NCBI GenBank assembly: GCA_048617235.1 | Contig: JBMCHT010000003.1 | Span: 81,958 to 145,957, forward strand | DNA length: 64,000 nucleotides | From: Patescibacteria group bacterium | GTDB taxonomy: Bacteria > Patescibacteriota > Minisyncoccia > Phycocordibacterales > XYD1-FULL-46-19 | Direction: 5' to 3' | Part shown: piece by piece, positions 36,535 through 46,128 of the stretch | Numbering within the stretch: position 1 is the stretch's first letter | Layout: every line of letters begins with the position of its first letter | The notes under the pieces: generated by a model | What the model saw: only the letters and a program-made list of their open reading frames with translations | What the model was told of the DNA's origin: nothing | Database searches by the model: none | Made by a program: the position numbers and the translations under genes

Positions 36535-37842
36535 ATGAAAATAACAACCGGGGATATATTAAAATATTTAATAATCACTATTATTTTCTTAATGCTTTTT
36601 GTTTTAGGATTTTTAATGTCCGGCTTATTAACTAAAAACGGAGAGAAACAAGAAACTAAAAAAGAAAATCTTTTCCCGGAAGGAGGAGAATCTGTAAATA
36701 CTCAAACCGACACCCCTTCTTTTAATAATATATCAACAATGGAAGATTCTGATGATTTAAATGGAGAAGATCCAGAACTTGAAGAAGATGATCTTGTTTC
36801 TAATCAAATAATCACCTTTAAACCTTTATTAATAGAAGACAAATTATCTGTTTTATATATAAGTCAAACTGACGGACATATTTATTTAGTAAAAAATATA
36901 AACTTAATAAAAGATAATAAAATTAACAATCTTGAAAAAATATTAATTTCCAATAAAACTTTTAAAGATATTATTTCCGCTTATTGGGTTATAAATAATA
37001 ATCAAATAACTGCTATATTAAATGATAAAAATAATAGTTATTCTTTAACTTTTAGTTTAAATGATCTTGAAGAAGAAGAAGAAGAAGAAATAGAAAATAA
37101 TAACGAAATAGAGGTTATTAAAAGAAATCTGCCAATAAAAATATTGGAGGTAAAAGATTTGGGAGGACAAATTTTTGTTTTATCTAATCAATTAAGAGAA
37201 GATGATCAAAAAATAACTAATATTAAGGGTACAGTTGGTTATTTAGTAGATTCTGATTTAAATGATTGGCAAACAATTTTTATTTCAGATCATAAAACTT
37301 TAACTCTAAATCCAGGAAAACAAACAAATAATATTTATATTCAAAACAAACCTTCTAATCAATTTCCCAGTTTTCTTTATAGGGTGGATTTAGATACCGG
37401 AGTATTACAAAAAATAATGGGGGATATTTTAGGAGGAGTTTTTTTAGTTAATCCCAATGGCACTAAAGTTTTATATAATGAAAAAACTAACAATTCTTTT
37501 GATTTAAAAATATTTAATTTAAAAAACAAAAACAATAAAAACTTAGGTTTTAAAACTTTGATTGAAAAATGTTTTTGGGTGGATGAATCTAATTTTTATT
37601 GTGCTGCTCCTGAAAATATATACTTAAATAACAACTATCCGGATGTTTGGTATATAGGGGAAATACCAACCGAAGATAGTTTGTTATATAAATATAATTT
37701 AGAACAGGAATCATTTAACACCAGTAGATATTGGAATAATCAAAAAAATGTATTTAATTTAGATATAGATAATCAAAATAATATTTTATTTTATCAAGAT
37801 ATGATGAATAAAAATCTATATTTATTTAATATTTTGTTCTGA
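36535..37842 (+). CDS. hypothetical N-terminally anchored membrane protein with an Asn-rich beta-rich ectodomain
   Basis: TM helix LKYLIITIIFLMLFVLGFLMSGLL. EEEEEEEE stretch. Last gene of the block before yidC (opposite strand). Confidence 0.4.
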   Translation: MKITTGDILKYLIITIIFLMLFVLGFLMSGLLTKNGEKQETKKENLFPEGGESVNTQTDTPSFNNISTMEDSDDLNGEDPELEEDDLVSNQIITFKPLLIEDKLSVLYISQTDGHIYLVKNINLIKDNKINNLEKILISNKTFKDIISAYWVINNNQITAILNDKNNSYSLTFSLNDLEEEEEEEIENNNEIEVIKRNLPIKILEVKDLGGQIFVLSNQLREDDQKITNIKGTVGYLVDSDLNDWQTIFISDHKTLTLNPGKQTNNIYIQNKPSNQFPSFLYRVDLDTGVLQKIMGDILGGVFLVNPNGTKVLYNEKTNNSFDLKIFNLKNKNNKNLGFKTLIEKCFWVDESNFYCAAPENIYLNNNYPDVWYIGEIPTEDSLLYKYNLEQESFNTSRYWNNQKNVFNLDIDNQNNILFYQDMMNKNLYLFNILF

Positions 37843-38574
37843 TTCTACTTGATCTTCCTTTTTCCTCTTAACCATCAAAAACTGACCTAAAGAAAAGACA
37901 TTACTGGTAATCCAATATATACCAACAGCTGCCGGAAAGGTAGTGGCTATAATTCCTATTACCCCGGGTAAAACATAACGCATTTGGGTTTGCATTCCTC
38001 TAACCATATCTTCTTGAAAATTAGGTTTGTTGTCGGATTTTTTAGTTTTAGGTGAAGGTTTAGGTAAAGTTATATTCATTTGTAAATACTGAGAAGCAGC
38101 CACTAAAAAGGCTATTATAAAACTTCTTTGAGTTATATCCAAAAAACCTAAAAGTTGAGTATTAACTACTTCCGGCTGACTAATAAAGCTATAAAGTATA
38201 TCTAAATTTAAATCAAAGCCACGAGAAAAAACAAAAAACATAGATAGAATAATGGGAATTTGAATTAAAGTGACCAAAATCCCACTAAAAGGATTCATAT
38301 TATGTTCTTTATACAACTCCAATATCGCTTCTGCTTGTTTTTGTTTTTCCGCTTTATATTTTTCTTTAATCTTTTTAATTTCTGGCTGAACTAGAGCCAT
38401 TTGTTTTTGGTTATTGATGGTTTTTTGGTAAAGAGGAAAAAGAATAATTCTAACTATTACAGTTAAAAGTATTATAGCCAAACCAACATTAGCCCCCGGT
38501 AAAATACCGGTTAAAAAAACCAAAGCATTATATAAAGGCTCAAATAATATTAAATTAAAAATACTTTTTATCAT
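37822..38574 (-). CDS. yidC: membrane protein insertase YidC (short, Oxa1-like form)
   Basis: ~250 aa with 5 TM helices. Conserved C-terminal YWITSNVFSLGQ motif. Located next to rnpA-rpmH. Confidence 0.8.
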   Translation of the reverse strand: MIKSIFNLILFEPLYNALVFLTGILPGANVGLAIILLTVIVRIILFPLYQKTINNQKQMALVQPEIKKIKEKYKAEKQKQAEAILELYKEHNMNPFSGILVTLIQIPIILSMFFVFSRGFDLNLDILYSFISQPEVVNTQLLGFLDITQRSFIIAFLVAASQYLQMNITLPKPSPKTKKSDNKPNFQEDMVRGMQTQMRYVLPGVIGIIATTFPAAVGIYWITSNVFSLGQFLMVKRKKEDQVESEQNIK

Positions 38575-38578
38575 AAAG

Positions 38579-38917
38579 TTATTCTATTATACCTGATTTT
38601 TCAAAAACCTTAATTATATCTTTTTTTAGATCTTGATAATTAAAATGTTTATGATTGTTTTTAATAAAAATAACCACCCCCAATCCGGGCTTAATTTGAG
38701 AAAAAACTTCAACTACAGCACATTTTACTCTTCTTTTTAATAAAACCCTCTGAGTGGCCTTTTTGAAGCTTTTTGAGGGTACACAAACAGCTACAGCTTT
38801 AGTAGAAGGAGAAATATTAAGGAATTTAATATAAACAAAATCACCGGTTTGTTTATAACCTTCTTTTAATACTTTTTTTATTAAAAAAGGTGTTAATCGG
38901 TATTTTTTAGACAACAT
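38579..38917 (-). CDS. rnpA: ribonuclease P protein component
   Basis: MLSKKYRLT...F..V basic ~112-aa protein. Start ATG overlaps the rpmH stop (TAATG). Canonical rpmH-rnpA arrangement. Confidence 0.75.
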   Translation of the reverse strand: MLSKKYRLTPFLIKKVLKEGYKQTGDFVYIKFLNISPSTKAVAVCVPSKSFKKATQRVLLKRRVKCAVVEVFSQIKPGLGVVIFIKNNHKHFNYQDLKKDIIKVFEKSGIIE

Positions 38918-39051
38918 TAAACACTTAATTTTTTACGGTTTTTTCTCCTTCGTCTTAAAATTACCATCCGACCGGTGGCCTTTTTTTGTCTGGATAAAAA
39001 ACCGTGAGTTTTATTCCTTTTTCTATTTTTTGGTTGGTAGGTTATAGACAT
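38917..39051 (-). CDS. rpmH: 50S ribosomal protein L34 (44 aa; absent from the ORF track because it is <60 aa)
   Basis: Own translation of the minus strand: [44 protein letters not shown] is the canonical L34 pattern (TYQP..RKR...HGF..R......GR.VL..RR.KGRK.L). Confidence 0.85.
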   Translation of the reverse strand: MSITYQPKNRKRNKTHGFLSRQKKATGRMVILRRRRKNRKKLSV

Positions 39052-39163
39052 TCCGTTAATCTACCATATTATATTTTTTTTTCAAGTTTCTTTTCAAAGA
39101 ATTTGTTTTATAATTTTAAACATATCCACTTGTTATCAACAAAATTAAAGGTTTTTAAGTTGA
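39052..39163. promoter_or_regulatory. rpmH/dnaA divergent spacer with DnaA-box-like sites (ATATCCACT, TGTTATCAACA); candidate oriC segment or dnaA promoter
   Basis: Sites read at 39122-39143. AT-rich. Position between divergently transcribed rpmH and dnaA. Confidence 0.45.
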
Positions 39164-40564
39164 TTGGTTAATATCTTTATAAGTATTATAATATGGCTAT
39201 TATATATGGATTTAAATGAATTATGGCAAAAAACTCTAGTAGATATAGAAAACAATATATCTAAAGCCAGTTTTGGGACTTGGTTTAAAAATACTTCTAT
39301 TGAAAAAATAGAGGATAATATTATTTTTCTTAAAACCCCTAATACTTTTGTAAAAGATTGGTTATTTAATAAATATCATAAATTAATTTTAAAGTCTTTA
39401 AGAAACCATTCTCAAGATATTAGAAATATTGAGTATTTAATAGGTAAAACAGACACTCAAAAACAAGAAGTTAAAATTAAAAAAGAAGAACCTGAAAAAA
39501 CCTTTAATAATCTTGGTTTGAATGATTTATATATTAATAGAGAAAGTAATTTAAACCCTAAATATACTTTTGAAAGTTTTGTGGTTGGATCTTTTAATGA
39601 AGTGGCTTTTGCTGCTGCTCAAGCAGTACTTAAAAACTTAGGAGTAAATTATAATCCTTTATATATTTACGGCACCACCGGAGTGGGGAAGACGCATTTA
39701 ATTCAATCTATTGGTAATAAAATAAAAGAATTAAACCAAGAAAAACAAATTTATTATTTAACTTCTGAAAATTTTACCAATGATTATATAAAATCTGTTC
39801 AAAATAATAAAATTAATATTTTTAAAGAAAAATACAGAAAATATGATTTATTAATAATGGATGATATACAATTCTTCTCCAAAAAAGAAAAAACTCAAGA
39901 AGAATTATTTCATTTATTTAATAGTCTTTATGATAATAATAAACAAATAATATTTTCATCAGATAAACCTCCAAAATATATTACTAACCTTGAAGAAAGA
40001 TTGAGATCTAGATTTGAAGGGGGGATGATTGTAGATATTGGAAGACCGGATTATGAATCCAGAGTAGCTATAATAAAAACTAAAATTAAAGATAAAAACC
40101 ATTTAATTAATGATGATGTTGTTAATTATTTAGCTGAGTGTGTTCAAGATAATATTAGAGAAATAGAAGGGACTTTAAATTCAATTTTCTTTCAAGCTCA
40201 AGCTAAAAAAAGACCTTTATCTTTAAACGAAGTTAAAAATTTAATAAAAGATAGTATAAAACCTAAAAAAGTTATCTCTTATAAAGAAGTTTTAAAAGTA
40301 GTTTCTGAATATTACAATATAAATGAAAAAATTATTCAAGAAAAAACCAGAAAAAAAGAAGTAGTTAAACCAAGACAAATAATAATGTATATATTAAGAG
40401 AAGATTTCAATACTTCTTACCCTTATATTGGGCAACAATTAGGTGGAAGAGATCATACTACTGTTATACACGCTTGTGAAAAAATTAAAAAAGAAATAAA
40501 AGATAATAATAATCTAAACAGAGAAATTGAAGAAATTAGAGATATAATTTATAAAGAAAATTAA
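39164..40564 (+). CDS. dnaA: chromosomal replication initiator DnaA (the likely true start is the ATG at 39206, MDLNELWQ...)
   Basis: AAA+ Walker A GTTGVGKTHL, Walker B LLIMDDIQFF, C-terminal DNA-binding helix QIIMYILRE...IGQQLGGRDHTTVIHACEKI. Confidence 0.95.
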   Translation: MVNIFISIIIWLLYMDLNELWQKTLVDIENNISKASFGTWFKNTSIEKIEDNIIFLKTPNTFVKDWLFNKYHKLILKSLRNHSQDIRNIEYLIGKTDTQKQEVKIKKEEPEKTFNNLGLNDLYINRESNLNPKYTFESFVVGSFNEVAFAAAQAVLKNLGVNYNPLYIYGTTGVGKTHLIQSIGNKIKELNQEKQIYYLTSENFTNDYIKSVQNNKINIFKEKYRKYDLLIMDDIQFFSKKEKTQEELFHLFNSLYDNNKQIIFSSDKPPKYITNLEERLRSRFEGGMIVDIGRPDYESRVAIIKTKIKDKNHLINDDVVNYLAECVQDNIREIEGTLNSIFFQAQAKKRPLSLNEVKNLIKDSIKPKKVISYKEVLKVVSEYYNINEKIIQEKTRKKEVVKPRQIIMYILREDFNTSYPYIGQQLGGRDHTTVIHACEKIKKEIKDNNNLNREIEEIRDIIYKEN

Positions 40565-40808
40565 TGAATAAGTATATGGATAAGTTGTTTAAAATTATCA
40601 ATAAAATGTGTAAAACAATAAAGTTATTAACATTATAAAATAAAAAATTTTAAAAGTTTAAGTTTTAAAGGTTTTATAAAATTACAACAACAATTAATTA
40701 ACAAATTAAAATCTTATTTCAACTTCTAAAATAAAGTTATTTTTAAGTTATCAAGTTATCAACAAGACTAAATATAATAAATAAGTATATATATAATATA
40801 TTAATAAA
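40565..40808. promoter_or_regulatory. dnaA-dnaN intergenic region: candidate oriC with degenerate DnaA boxes (TGGATAAG at 40577; TTATCAATA at ~40595; GTTATCAAGTTATCAACAAG at 40747-40766) and a very AT-rich putative unwinding element (40770-40808)
   Basis: Motifs read directly. 244-bp non-coding, >80% AT. Confidence 0.5.
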
Positions 40809-41906
40809 ATGAATTTTAAAATAAAAACTCAGAATTTAATAAAAGCTCTTCAAAGAGCAGAAAAGACAGTTGGTAAAAATTTTAATTTACCAATACTGTC
40901 TAATGTTTTTATTAAAACATTAAAAGATAAAATAGAAATAAGATCAACTAATTTAGAAATAGGATTGTCTGAATTAATAAAAGCAGAAATTAAAGAAGAA
41001 GGAGAGATAACTATTAAACCGGGAATAATTTTATCTGTTTTAAATCAATTAAAAAATTCTTCAGATTTGGAATTATTTTTAAAAGATAATAATTTACAAA
41101 TTAATGGAGATTTTGGTAAAACAAAAATAAAAACAGAATCAACTGAAGATTTTCCTCAATTACCTAAAATTAATTCTGATAAAATCATTAAAATTAACTT
41201 TAATGATTGGTTTCAAGGTATAAGATCGGTTGTTTTTTCAGCGGCCACCTCAGATATTAAACCGGAAATATCCAGTGTATATATTTATTCCGATAATAAT
41301 AAATTATTTTTCGTTTCCACTGATTCTTTAAGATTGGCCGAAAAAAATATAAATTTTAAAAAAGAAGATGAAATTCCGGGAATTATTATTCCTTATAAAA
41401 ACGCTTTGGAAATTAATCGTATATTTGAAGGTAGTGAAGAAATTAGTTTTAAAAATGATGGTGATAAATTAGAAATTAAAAATAATTTTATAACTTTAAT
41501 ATCTAGAACAATAGAAGGTGTTTATCCTGATTATCGGCAAATTATACCTAAATCTTTTAAAACAGAGATTTATGTAGATAAAACAGAGTTTTTAGATAAA
41601 TTAAAAATAGCCGGTGTTTTTGCTGATAAGTTAAACCATATTAAATTAAATATTAAACCTAAAGATAAATCTTTAATTATAGAGTCAGAAAATCAAGAGG
41701 TGGGAGAGAGTCATTTAGAAATTAAGAGTGAAATAATCGGTGAAGAATTAGAAGTTAGTTATAATTATAGATATATTAATGAGGTTTTTCAGTCTATATT
41801 TAGTGATAAAATTTTTCTAGGTTTTAATGATAAAAATAAACCTTTATTAATTTCCGGTGCTAATGATCCTAGTTTTATTTATTTAGTTATGCCTATAAAC
41901 AAATAA
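40809..41906 (+). CDS. dnaN: DNA polymerase III beta subunit (sliding clamp)
   Basis: 365 aa. Three-domain clamp pattern. Typical start MNFKIKTQNLIKALQ. Position after dnaA. Confidence 0.9.
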   Translation: MNFKIKTQNLIKALQRAEKTVGKNFNLPILSNVFIKTLKDKIEIRSTNLEIGLSELIKAEIKEEGEITIKPGIILSVLNQLKNSSDLELFLKDNNLQINGDFGKTKIKTESTEDFPQLPKINSDKIIKINFNDWFQGIRSVVFSAATSDIKPEISSVYIYSDNNKLFFVSTDSLRLAEKNINFKKEDEIPGIIIPYKNALEINRIFEGSEEISFKNDGDKLEIKNNFITLISRTIEGVYPDYRQIIPKSFKTEIYVDKTEFLDKLKIAGVFADKLNHIKLNIKPKDKSLIIESENQEVGESHLEIKSEIIGEELEVSYNYRYINEVFQSIFSDKIFLGFNDKNKPLLISGANDPSFIYLVMPINK

Positions 41907-41913
41907 CCTTATT

Positions 41914-42171
41914 ATGGATTTAATAAATAATTTATTAAGTCGTTATAAAAAAATTAAAAATAATCCTTTATTTATTAAAGAAGAAATAATTGCTTTTTTA
42001 AAATTAAATCTAGATATTAATATTAAACCGGAAGATATAAAAATTAATATTAAAGATAATAAATTATTTATTCAAACCAAACCAATAATAAAAAATGAAA
42101 TAATTTTAAATAAAGATAAGATTATAGATTTTTTAAATAAAAAAAATATTTTAATTAAAGAAATAATTTAG
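41914..42171 (+). CDS. small hypothetical protein downstream of dnaN (possibly a DUF721/S4-like RNA-binding type, as often found at this position)
   Basis: 85 aa, Lys/Ile-rich. Assignment by position only. Confidence 0.3.
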   Translation: MDLINNLLSRYKKIKNNPLFIKEEIIAFLKLNLDINIKPEDIKINIKDNKLFIQTKPIIKNEIILNKDKIIDFLNKKNILIKEII

Positions 42172-42180
42172 ATTATAATT

Positions 42181-44724
42181 TTATAATCTATCAAAAACAT
42201 TATCTATTAATATATTTTTATCAGAATCTTGCTCTTGGTTTTTATAATCAAGAATAGTAAAATCTTCTATTTTTTCAGCTTTATTTTTTGCTTGATCATA
42301 AATAACTAATTTAATTTGATTATGGTATTGTAGTATATCTAAATTACCAAGTTCAATATTAAAATTAATCGGTTTACTTTTTGTTGTATTTATTAAAACA
42401 TTATTAATAAATAAATCAGCTTGAGTGAAAGGAAGAGTACTTTCTACTTTTACTTCTATAATAAGATTTTCATCTATTTTTAATTCTTTTTTATTTAGGT
42501 CTAAATCAATTTTTGGTTTATTTTCAGGAGTGTGAATATTATCGTATTCAGTTGGTATTTTACTCTCGTCCTCATCATTTAAACCTTGTTCTGAAGCCCA
42601 TTTTAAAACCGGTTCATTCCATAAGTTAAATTGAGGGTCATTTTCAGGATTTTTCGGTTTAGGTCCTAGAGGGTTATTTTTATCTACCCAATATAGAATA
42701 CTTCGAACCTTTGTTATAGTCTTTTCTTCGGTTAAATCCGATGGAGTATGTTCATTGGCTAATTTTCCGGAAATACTATCTATTAAATAAGTTTCTCCAC
42801 CAAGCCAGTTGCCTTTTAAAATAGGTTTAATGTTTTCAGGTGTTGGCTCTGGTTCCGGAAAAGTCTCTGTTGATTTATCAGATAAATAACTTCTCATAAA
42901 AGAGTTCCAAATGGGGGCTAGGGCAACACTTGAAGATAATCCGGTGGTGGGGGTATTATCATTATTTCCGGCCCATAAACCTACTGTAATTGATGGGGTA
43001 TAACCGATTATCCAAACATCTCTGGAATTATTAGTGGTTCCGGTTTTAACAGCTATATTTTTATCAGAAATATTTAAGTTAGAATTAGCTCCAAAAACCG
43101 GAGTTCTAGCTTCATTGTCTGATAAAATATCGGAGATTAGTCTAGAGGTATTAGCCGGTAAAACTTTTTTAGAATTAGCTTGCCACTCTTTTATAATATT
43201 ACCATCATTATCTGTGATTTTAATTATTCCAATTGTTTCATTTTTTACACCATCATTAGCAAAAACCCCAAAAGCACCGGTCATATCCAATAAAGTAACT
43301 TCTCCTCCACCTAAAACTAAAGTTAAACCATATCTTTTCCAATTATCTAATGTTGTTATACCCATAGATTCGGCTGTTGTAATAGAATCAGCCATTCCAG
43401 CTAAATAAAAAGTTTTTACCGAAGGAATATTTTTAGATTGAGCTAAAGCATTTCTTAAATTAATAGGCCCTGAAAAAGTACCGTCAAAGTTTTTTGGACT
43501 GTAACATTCGGGTGGACAATTAGTACTAAATTCGGTTTCAAGATCAAAAACAACCGTTTCCGGAGTGTAACCTTTATTAAAAGCAGTGGCGTAGATAAAA
43601 GGTTTAAAAGCTGATCCTGGTTGTCTTTTGGCTAAAGCAATATTAAAATTTCCATTATTTTCGGTATCAAAATAATCAAAAGAACCAACCATTGATAAAA
43701 TATGTCCATTTCTAGGATCTATAGCTACCAGTCCGGCATTTCCTATATTATAGTTTTGGCTATATTGACTATATTTTTTTAATTCAGTTTCAGCCAGTTG
43801 TTGGGTTTCCCAATCTAGGGTGGTAATAATATTAAAACCACCATTTTCAATTATTTCTTCTCCCATTTCTTTTTTTATTTGGTTTAAAATATAAAATACA
43901 AAATGGGGAGCTTTTATATTTTGATCAGTTATATTATTAAACTCAACTTCTTCAACTAAAGCTTCTTCATATTCTTCTTGATTAATATAATTTAATTCCT
44001 TCATTTTTTGAAGAACTAAATTTTTTCTGTTTTCTAAACTGTTTCGATTGTTACCTTCAGGTGATAAAAAACTGGGAGCTTGGGGAAGAGCAGCTAAATA
44101 AGCAGCTTCAGCTATAGTTAGATCTAAGGCAGATTTACTAAAATATCCCTTAGAAGCTTCTTCTATACCATAAATATTTCCACCGTAAGGAGCCTCGTTT
44201 AGATATAAATTTAAAATTTCATCTTTAGATTTAACTTGTTCTAATTTTAAAGCCATTAAAGCTTCTTTAATTTTTCTGGAGATTTTTTTATCTTGTGTTA
44301 AAAGGGTGTTTTTTATTAATTGTTGGGTAATAGTGGAGCCACCCTGACTAATATCTCTGGTTAAAATATTCTTCCATAAAGCTCTTAAAATAGCTTGCGG
44401 TTGAACGCCTTTATGATTATAAAAATCAGCATCTTCAATTGCAATAGTAGCTTGTTTTATATTGTCGGATATTTTTTCAAAAGGAATTATTGTTCTTTTT
44501 ACATTATCATGAACATTATAAAGTAAAATTTCTCCACTATTGTCATAAATTTTAGTACTTTGAGCTACTATTCTCTCATTGAAAAAAGTATTAAAATCCG
44601 GGATAGGTAGGGTTACAATCCAAACAATTAAAGCTATTCCGGTTATTAAAAATAATAAAATAAATACTACTAAGAATCGTAGCAACCAAGCGAATAATTT
44701 ATTTTTAAATATTTTTTTAGACAT
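42181..44724 (-). CDS. class A penicillin-binding protein (PBP1A-type bifunctional glycosyltransferase/transpeptidase)
   Basis: GT51 motifs EDADFYNHKGV and GGSTITQQL. Transpeptidase motifs SAFKP, SKN, KTGTT. N-terminal TM anchor. Confidence 0.9.
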   Translation of the reverse strand: MSKKIFKNKLFAWLLRFLVVFILLFLITGIALIVWIVTLPIPDFNTFFNERIVAQSTKIYDNSGEILLYNVHDNVKRTIIPFEKISDNIKQATIAIEDADFYNHKGVQPQAILRALWKNILTRDISQGGSTITQQLIKNTLLTQDKKISRKIKEALMALKLEQVKSKDEILNLYLNEAPYGGNIYGIEEASKGYFSKSALDLTIAEAAYLAALPQAPSFLSPEGNNRNSLENRKNLVLQKMKELNYINQEEYEEALVEEVEFNNITDQNIKAPHFVFYILNQIKKEMGEEIIENGGFNIITTLDWETQQLAETELKKYSQYSQNYNIGNAGLVAIDPRNGHILSMVGSFDYFDTENNGNFNIALAKRQPGSAFKPFIYATAFNKGYTPETVVFDLETEFSTNCPPECYSPKNFDGTFSGPINLRNALAQSKNIPSVKTFYLAGMADSITTAESMGITTLDNWKRYGLTLVLGGGEVTLLDMTGAFGVFANDGVKNETIGIIKITDNDGNIIKEWQANSKKVLPANTSRLISDILSDNEARTPVFGANSNLNISDKNIAVKTGTTNNSRDVWIIGYTPSITVGLWAGNNDNTPTTGLSSSVALAPIWNSFMRSYLSDKSTETFPEPEPTPENIKPILKGNWLGGETYLIDSISGKLANEHTPSDLTEEKTITKVRSILYWVDKNNPLGPKPKNPENDPQFNLWNEPVLKWASEQGLNDEDESKIPTEYDNIHTPENKPKIDLDLNKKELKIDENLIIEVKVESTLPFTQADLFINNVLINTTKSKPINFNIELGNLDILQYHNQIKLVIYDQAKNKAEKIEDFTILDYKNQEQDSDKNILIDNVFDRL

Positions 44725-44819
44725 TATATAAACTGTAACATATTAGGTTTCATTCTTTATAATTTAAATTAGTATTATACAATAATATAAATGATTTTCA
44801 AGTTTAATTAAACAAATAA

Positions 44820-44844
44820 AAAACCGTTTTAAAAACGGTTTTTT
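44820..44844 (-). terminator. rho-independent terminator-like hairpin (AAAACCG-loop-CGGTTTT) flanked by A/T runs on both sides, downstream of ruvC
   Basis: aaaaccgttttaaaaacggtttttt read directly. Confidence 0.5.
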
Positions 44845-45078
44845 ATTTATTAAAATACTACTACTGTTATTCTTCTTCCTCAGTTTCTTCATCTTCCTCT
44901 TCTTCTATTTCTTCATCTATTGGATTTAAATCATCCATATTTTTACAAAATTAAGTGTAAAAACTACTAATTCCGGAAACTGGTTCCGGTACGACCTTTG
45001 TATATCTAAACTTATATTTTTTAACAAAAAAAACACCATCTTGGCAATACAAAAAAAGTTTTAGGTGTGGATAATTTT

Positions 45079-45558
45079 TTAATTATATTTTGCTAAAGCC
45101 AAACCGGTTAGGGCAATCATAATAGCATCAAATTCATCGTCATATTTGACCGGTTTTTTAATATCGGTTATTTGTTGAATAGTCTTTATAACTTGGTTTT
45201 TTTCAGCTCTACCGTAACCGGTAATTATTTTTTTGGCTTCCAAAGGGGTATATTCTTCAGTTGAAATATTATTTTGACAAGCTAAAAATTTAATTATTCC
45301 TTTGACCTCTATTACTCCAATTGCAGTGTTTCTACTTTGGTTAAAAATAATACTTTCTAAAACCACTAAATCGGGTTGATGTTTTTTTATTAAACTTTCA
45401 AAAAAAAGACCAACTGATTTTAGTCTTTGGTTAAAATCTTCTTTTTTGTCGGTAGTAAAGCATCCGGAGTCAATTATTTCAGGTTTATTTTTTTCTTTTT
45501 TAAGTATTGCCCAACCTAATCTGTCATAACCGGGGTCTATGCCTATTATTTTATTCAT
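45079..45558 (-). CDS. ruvC: crossover junction endodeoxyribonuclease RuvC
   Basis: IIGIDPGYDRLGWAIL start. Catalytic acidic residues and 159 aa as in RuvC. Adjacent to yebC and ruvB. Confidence 0.85.
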   Translation of the reverse strand: MNKIIGIDPGYDRLGWAILKKEKNKPEIIDSGCFTTDKKEDFNQRLKSVGLFFESLIKKHQPDLVVLESIIFNQSRNTAIGVIEVKGIIKFLACQNNISTEEYTPLEAKKIITGYGRAEKNQVIKTIQQITDIKKPVKYDDEFDAIMIALTGLALAKYN

Positions 45559-46099
45559 TATCTTCTGTCTTTACATTAACTAATACTTCGTCAACATCAT
45601 CGTGTTCTTCCAATTCATCTATTAAGTTTATTAGTTGTTTTAAACCGGTTTCAGATAAATCCAAATAGTTTATAGCTTGCCATTTATTATCAGGTAGTTT
45701 TTCAAAGGCCCACATTACCGAGCCTTGTTCTCCCAGTTTACTGTTATGAGTGGATAATAAATGTTTAATTTCGGAAGTAGTTCTGTTTTTATTATCAGTA
45801 ATACCTAAAATTAAAAGAGCACACCCTTCAGAACCATAGGCTTCGTAGCTGACTTCTTCTAAATTATCAGCTTCACTCCCTGTTCCTTTCTTAACCGCTT
45901 TTTCTATATTAGTCGATGGCATATTAACTGATTTAGCTTTGTCAATTATCGCTTTTAGTGAAGGATTATTTATATCTCCACCGGCCTTTTTAGATTCCAC
46001 TGTAATACTTCTGACTAAATTTGAAAATAATTTACTTTTTTTTGCATCTTCAGATGCTTTTCTGTGTTTTATTTTTGACCATTTATTATGACCTGACAT
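45551..46099 (-). CDS. YebC/PmpR family DNA-binding regulator (short form, 182 aa)
   Basis: MSGHNKWSKIKHRKASEDAKKSKLFS...AIIDKAKSVNMP is the canonical YebC N-terminus. Confidence 0.85.
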   Translation of the reverse strand: MSGHNKWSKIKHRKASEDAKKSKLFSNLVRSITVESKKAGGDINNPSLKAIIDKAKSVNMPSTNIEKAVKKGTGSEADNLEEVSYEAYGSEGCALLILGITDNKNRTTSEIKHLLSTHNSKLGEQGSVMWAFEKLPDNKWQAINYLDLSETGLKQLINLIDELEEHDDVDEVLVNVKTEDNE

Positions 46100-46128
46100 A
46101 TTAAAAATTATTTATTATTTATTAATTA

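Noticed and set aside
44867-44938. 23-aa poly-acidic mini-ORF (MDDLNPIDEEIEEEEDEETEEEE) on the minus strand in the ruvC/PBP spacer
   Set aside because: No SD or promoter context. A/G-rich run readily produces E/D codons by chance. Noted only because a similar poly-Glu tail ends ORF 52161.
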